64,000 nucleotides of DNA from NCBI RefSeq assembly GCF_006345805.1, contig NC_043009.1, forward strand, positions 56,296,001 through 56,360,000. The letters run 5' to 3'. The notes under the pieces were generated by a model. That model saw nothing but the letters and a program-made list of their open reading frames with translations, was not told the DNA's origin and ran no database searches. The position numbers were made by a program, and so were the translations under genes. Every line of letters begins with the position of its first letter. Position 1 is the stretch's first letter. This document shows, one piece after another, positions 61,092 to 64,000 of the stretch. Origin of the DNA: Octopus sinensis. Taxonomy: Eukaryota.

Positions 61092-61372
61092 CTTTTCAGA
61101 TTATCATTCCAAAATTAACATTCCTTCTTTGGTCAATTACCTTTAAAAATACCAAAAAAAGAAATAATACAATTGTGTGCTTATGTTATGGCAAAGATAT
61201 TCCCTAAGAGGACTACATCCTTCACATTTACCTGTTTCAGTATCTTCTCAGTAAAAGACCATATATTCTTAAAAAACTTTGGTTCTAATCTTCAAAATAC
61301 CAAATTTTTGGCTCTTTGCATGATTGATTCTTGACATTTCCCCCAGAAACTGCTTTGATCTTGATCCAAATC
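61092..61372 (-). CDS. Candidate 3' coding exons of an unidentified gene: 61301-61372 (DLDQDQSSFWGKCQESIMQRAKNL) and 61092-61140 (VIDQRRNVNFGMII*)
   Basis: Both segments have AG/GT boundaries; the first is exactly 24 codons, phase 0-0. No homology recognised. Confidence 0.3.
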
Positions 61373-61671
61373 CTATAAGCAATAGTTGTAACAAAAAAGT
61401 AAATCAATTATTGTATGGAGTGCATTAGCAATAAATACTGATTTCAAATTTTGGCACAAGGCCAGCAATTTGAGGGAAGGAGATAAGTCAATTACATCAA
61501 CCACAGTTCAAATGGTACTTATTTTATTGATCCCAAAAGAGTGAAAAGTAAAGTTGACCTTAGCACATAAAATCAGGAAAAATGCCACTAAGCATTTTGT
61601 CTGGCATGCTAACAATTCTTTTCTGCTCTAGGCACAAGGCCCGCAATTTTGGGGGAGGGGGCCAGTCGATA

Positions 61672-61913
61672 AGAAGCTGGCAGAAATGTTAGCATGCCAG
61701 GCGAAATGCTTAGCGGTATTTCATCTGCCGCTACGTTCTGAGTTCAAAGTCAGCCGAAGTTGACTTTGCCTTTCATCCTTTTGGGGTCGATTAGATAAGT
61801 ACCAGTTATGCACTGGGGTCAATATAATCGATTTAATCCATTTGTCTGTCCTTGTTTGTTTGTCCTTGGTTGTCCCCTCTGTGTGTAGCCCCTTGTGGGC
61901 AGTAAAGACATAA
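61672..61913 (+). mobile_element. Family B SINE inserted antiparallel into another family B copy (61620-61670 and 61914-62020)
   Basis: Complete head, central domain and tail on +; the split host copy is on -. Confidence 0.75.
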
Positions 61914-62397
61914 GATTGACTCCAGTACACAACTGGTAATTAATTTATCGACCCCGAAAGGATGAAAGGCAAAGTCGACCTCGGTGGAATTTGAACTCAG
62001 AACGTAACGGCAGACGAAAAACATAAAAAAATTCAGGGTTAGCTTAAGCTTCAAAAATTAAATTAAAACCTTTAATATTTACACTGAATCAGAATATCAA
62101 TCTGCAACATCATCATCTGCATCATCATTATCACTAAACGATTTTTCTTCCATGCTTCTATGGGTCAGATGGAAAATGTTAAGGCAGATTTTCTATAGCT
62201 GGATGCCCTTCCTGTCACCAACTCTCATTTGTTTCCAGTAAGATATTTCCTCATGAACAGACATGTTTTTCTTGGAAGACGGGAAATGAACAACACCACT
62301 TGTATGAAGGTTATGTTCATTAACAACTATGTCAAGACAGGAGTACTCACATATGCACACACGCATAAACACATGCACACACATATATACCTGTATA

Positions 62398-62428
<31 letters not shown>

Positions 62429-62431
62429 ATA

Positions 62432-63721
62432 CAGGGTGCGGTGAATAAATTGTCATCTAAATGATACAGAAATGAAAATAACACTGACATCTCATTTTAA
62501 CATATGTTACCAAAATTACATAAAAATATCTTGAAATACTAAAGAGTAAATTTATTCAATAAAATCACCATTGACTTTCAGCCATGGCCTCCAGATGACT
62601 TCAGAATCTCCTGCAGCTCTTTGCCTTGTTTAAGTTGGTGAATGCTGCCAATAATCCTTGCCTTCAGTTCATATTTAGTGTTACAAGGAATTTTTCTGGT
62701 CTCTTGTTCAGCTGCACTCCACACATAATAATTAAGGGGGTTGCAGTCTGGTGAGTTAGGTGACCATATGTTAGGGGTGATGTGGTTGCAGAAATTGTCT
62801 GACAACTATGACTAGGTTCCCCTGCTTGTGTGGCATGGTGCAGAGTCCTATTGCCAAACATAGGGTCTTCTAGTAGCCACCCTCTTGACCCAGGGCAGCA
62901 CTACCTCCTCCAGGCACTTGATGTAGGCCTCCATGTTGAGTCTGAGGCTATGTGGGAAGATGAATGGAGGCATAATGTTGCCAACATTAGTGATCACTCC
63001 AATTAAACACCATGATGTTGACTAGCTGTTTGATTTTTATCACTCTCAGTACATGTTTTGGGGATACAGCAAGCCAATAGTTGTTCTGTATGTTCACCAT
63101 CTGATCCTGGCAGAATGTTTTTTCATCTGAGAAAAACCAAAGCACGTTTGGTTGGAGGGGATGCTTGAGTTTGTTCAAAAGCTTTAAAGTGTGGTCTTTC
63201 CTCTTGTCCTTAATGGCTTGGGATAAAAATTGGTCCTTTCTCATCTTGTATGAGGAATACCAAATGTCTTCATGCACTACTTGTCTAATAAGAAACTCAG
63301 GCACTCCCATGACCCTGGTGATGGATCTGATTGACTTGGATGGATTGTTGTCAATCATAGCCTGGATCTCACCAACAAATTCAGGATTTCTTTTCTTATC
63401 AGAATGAGTTTTTCCAGCTGCTGTACCTTTGTAATCACCATTAGACTCATCCAACTCTTTCTGAATCCTCTGTACTGTCCAAAGAATGACACTCAAACAC
63501 TCTGAAATGTCCATAGTGGAGCTTCCGGTGCAAATGCCAAGCATTACAACATGTCGTTTCTAAATTTCTGGCAGAGTGAATTGTGTCATGGTGCTGTTTT
63601 TCTCACAGACAGTGCCCATCTGACCCTACTATACTGTGTAGTCAACAAAATCAAAAACAAACAATGCACATGCACGAAATTGAAAAATATGAAATGGCAA
63701 CAATTTACAGATTGCACCCTG
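62432..63721 (-). mobile_element. Tc1/mariner DD37D (maT/Bmmar1-type) DNA transposon, 1290 bp, full length but inactivated
   Basis: TA|CAGGGTGC...taaattgt TIRs at both ends with TA TSD. Transposase has FFSDEK and Q*DSAPCH, with 37 residues to SPDCNPL(N)Y; it has a frameshift and three in-frame TAG stops. Confidence 0.9.
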
Positions 63722-63725
63722 TATG

Positions 63726-63762
<37 letters not shown>

Positions 63763-64000
63763 TAGGAGGTGCTGAAATGTGCCTGGTTTTAAGGGCATCA
63801 CAAAAGACTTGGTTGGAGGCTCAATCTTCTGAGTTCTTTTACAGAGCTTAGAAAAACCAAAGGACCACTGCAATAAGTGTGTGAACCTGAGAAGGGAATA
63901 TGGTGAATAAAATCATAATTAACTGATCTTCCTGTATTTTCTTTTACCTAAGCTTTTTTACTCAAGTCTCACATACTGAGACACACACACACTACAGGCT

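Noticed and set aside
61096-61098. In-frame TGA as selenocysteine
   Set aside because: There is no selenoprotein-like context (no CxxU or GCUG) and no SECIS identified. It is more simply a stop.

Overview
AT-rich, intron-rich animal DNA. The repeat landscape (tRNA-derived SINEs with TA/TG/GAT microsatellites, RTE LINEs) suggests a coleoid cephalopod, probably Octopus; this is inference. I assembled three protein-coding genes by hand from splice sites and recalled homology: (1) the last five coding exons of BBS7 (+, 290-6237), whose final intron is a minor-spliceosome U12-type AT-AC intron; (2) a complete 16-coding-exon IGHMBP2/SMUBP-2 helicase gene (-, 33708-11649, 1034 aa); (3) an intronless DRAP1/NC2-alpha (+, 47436-48140). 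A fourth, unidentified gene may end near 61.1-61.4 kb on the minus strand. Most of the rest is mobile DNA. It includes two copies of one RTE-clade LINE with a PHD finger inside its ORF (one has an uninterrupted 917-codon frame, the other a 3'UTR amplified to 2.4 kb), SINEs sharing that LINE's 3' tail, an 8-copy SINE train, several MITEs, a DD37D (maT) Tc1/mariner element, and decayed CR1/RTE fragments, one with a twin-priming-type 5' inversion. The most striking items are the AT-AC intron, a 463-bp foldback element with a minimal hammerhead-ribozyme-like motif in each arm, an inverted copy of IGHMBP2 exon 2 placed just upstream of the start-codon exon, and the PHD-bearing LINE/SINE partnership. 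No database search or folding program was run, so all family assignments rest on recalled motifs.
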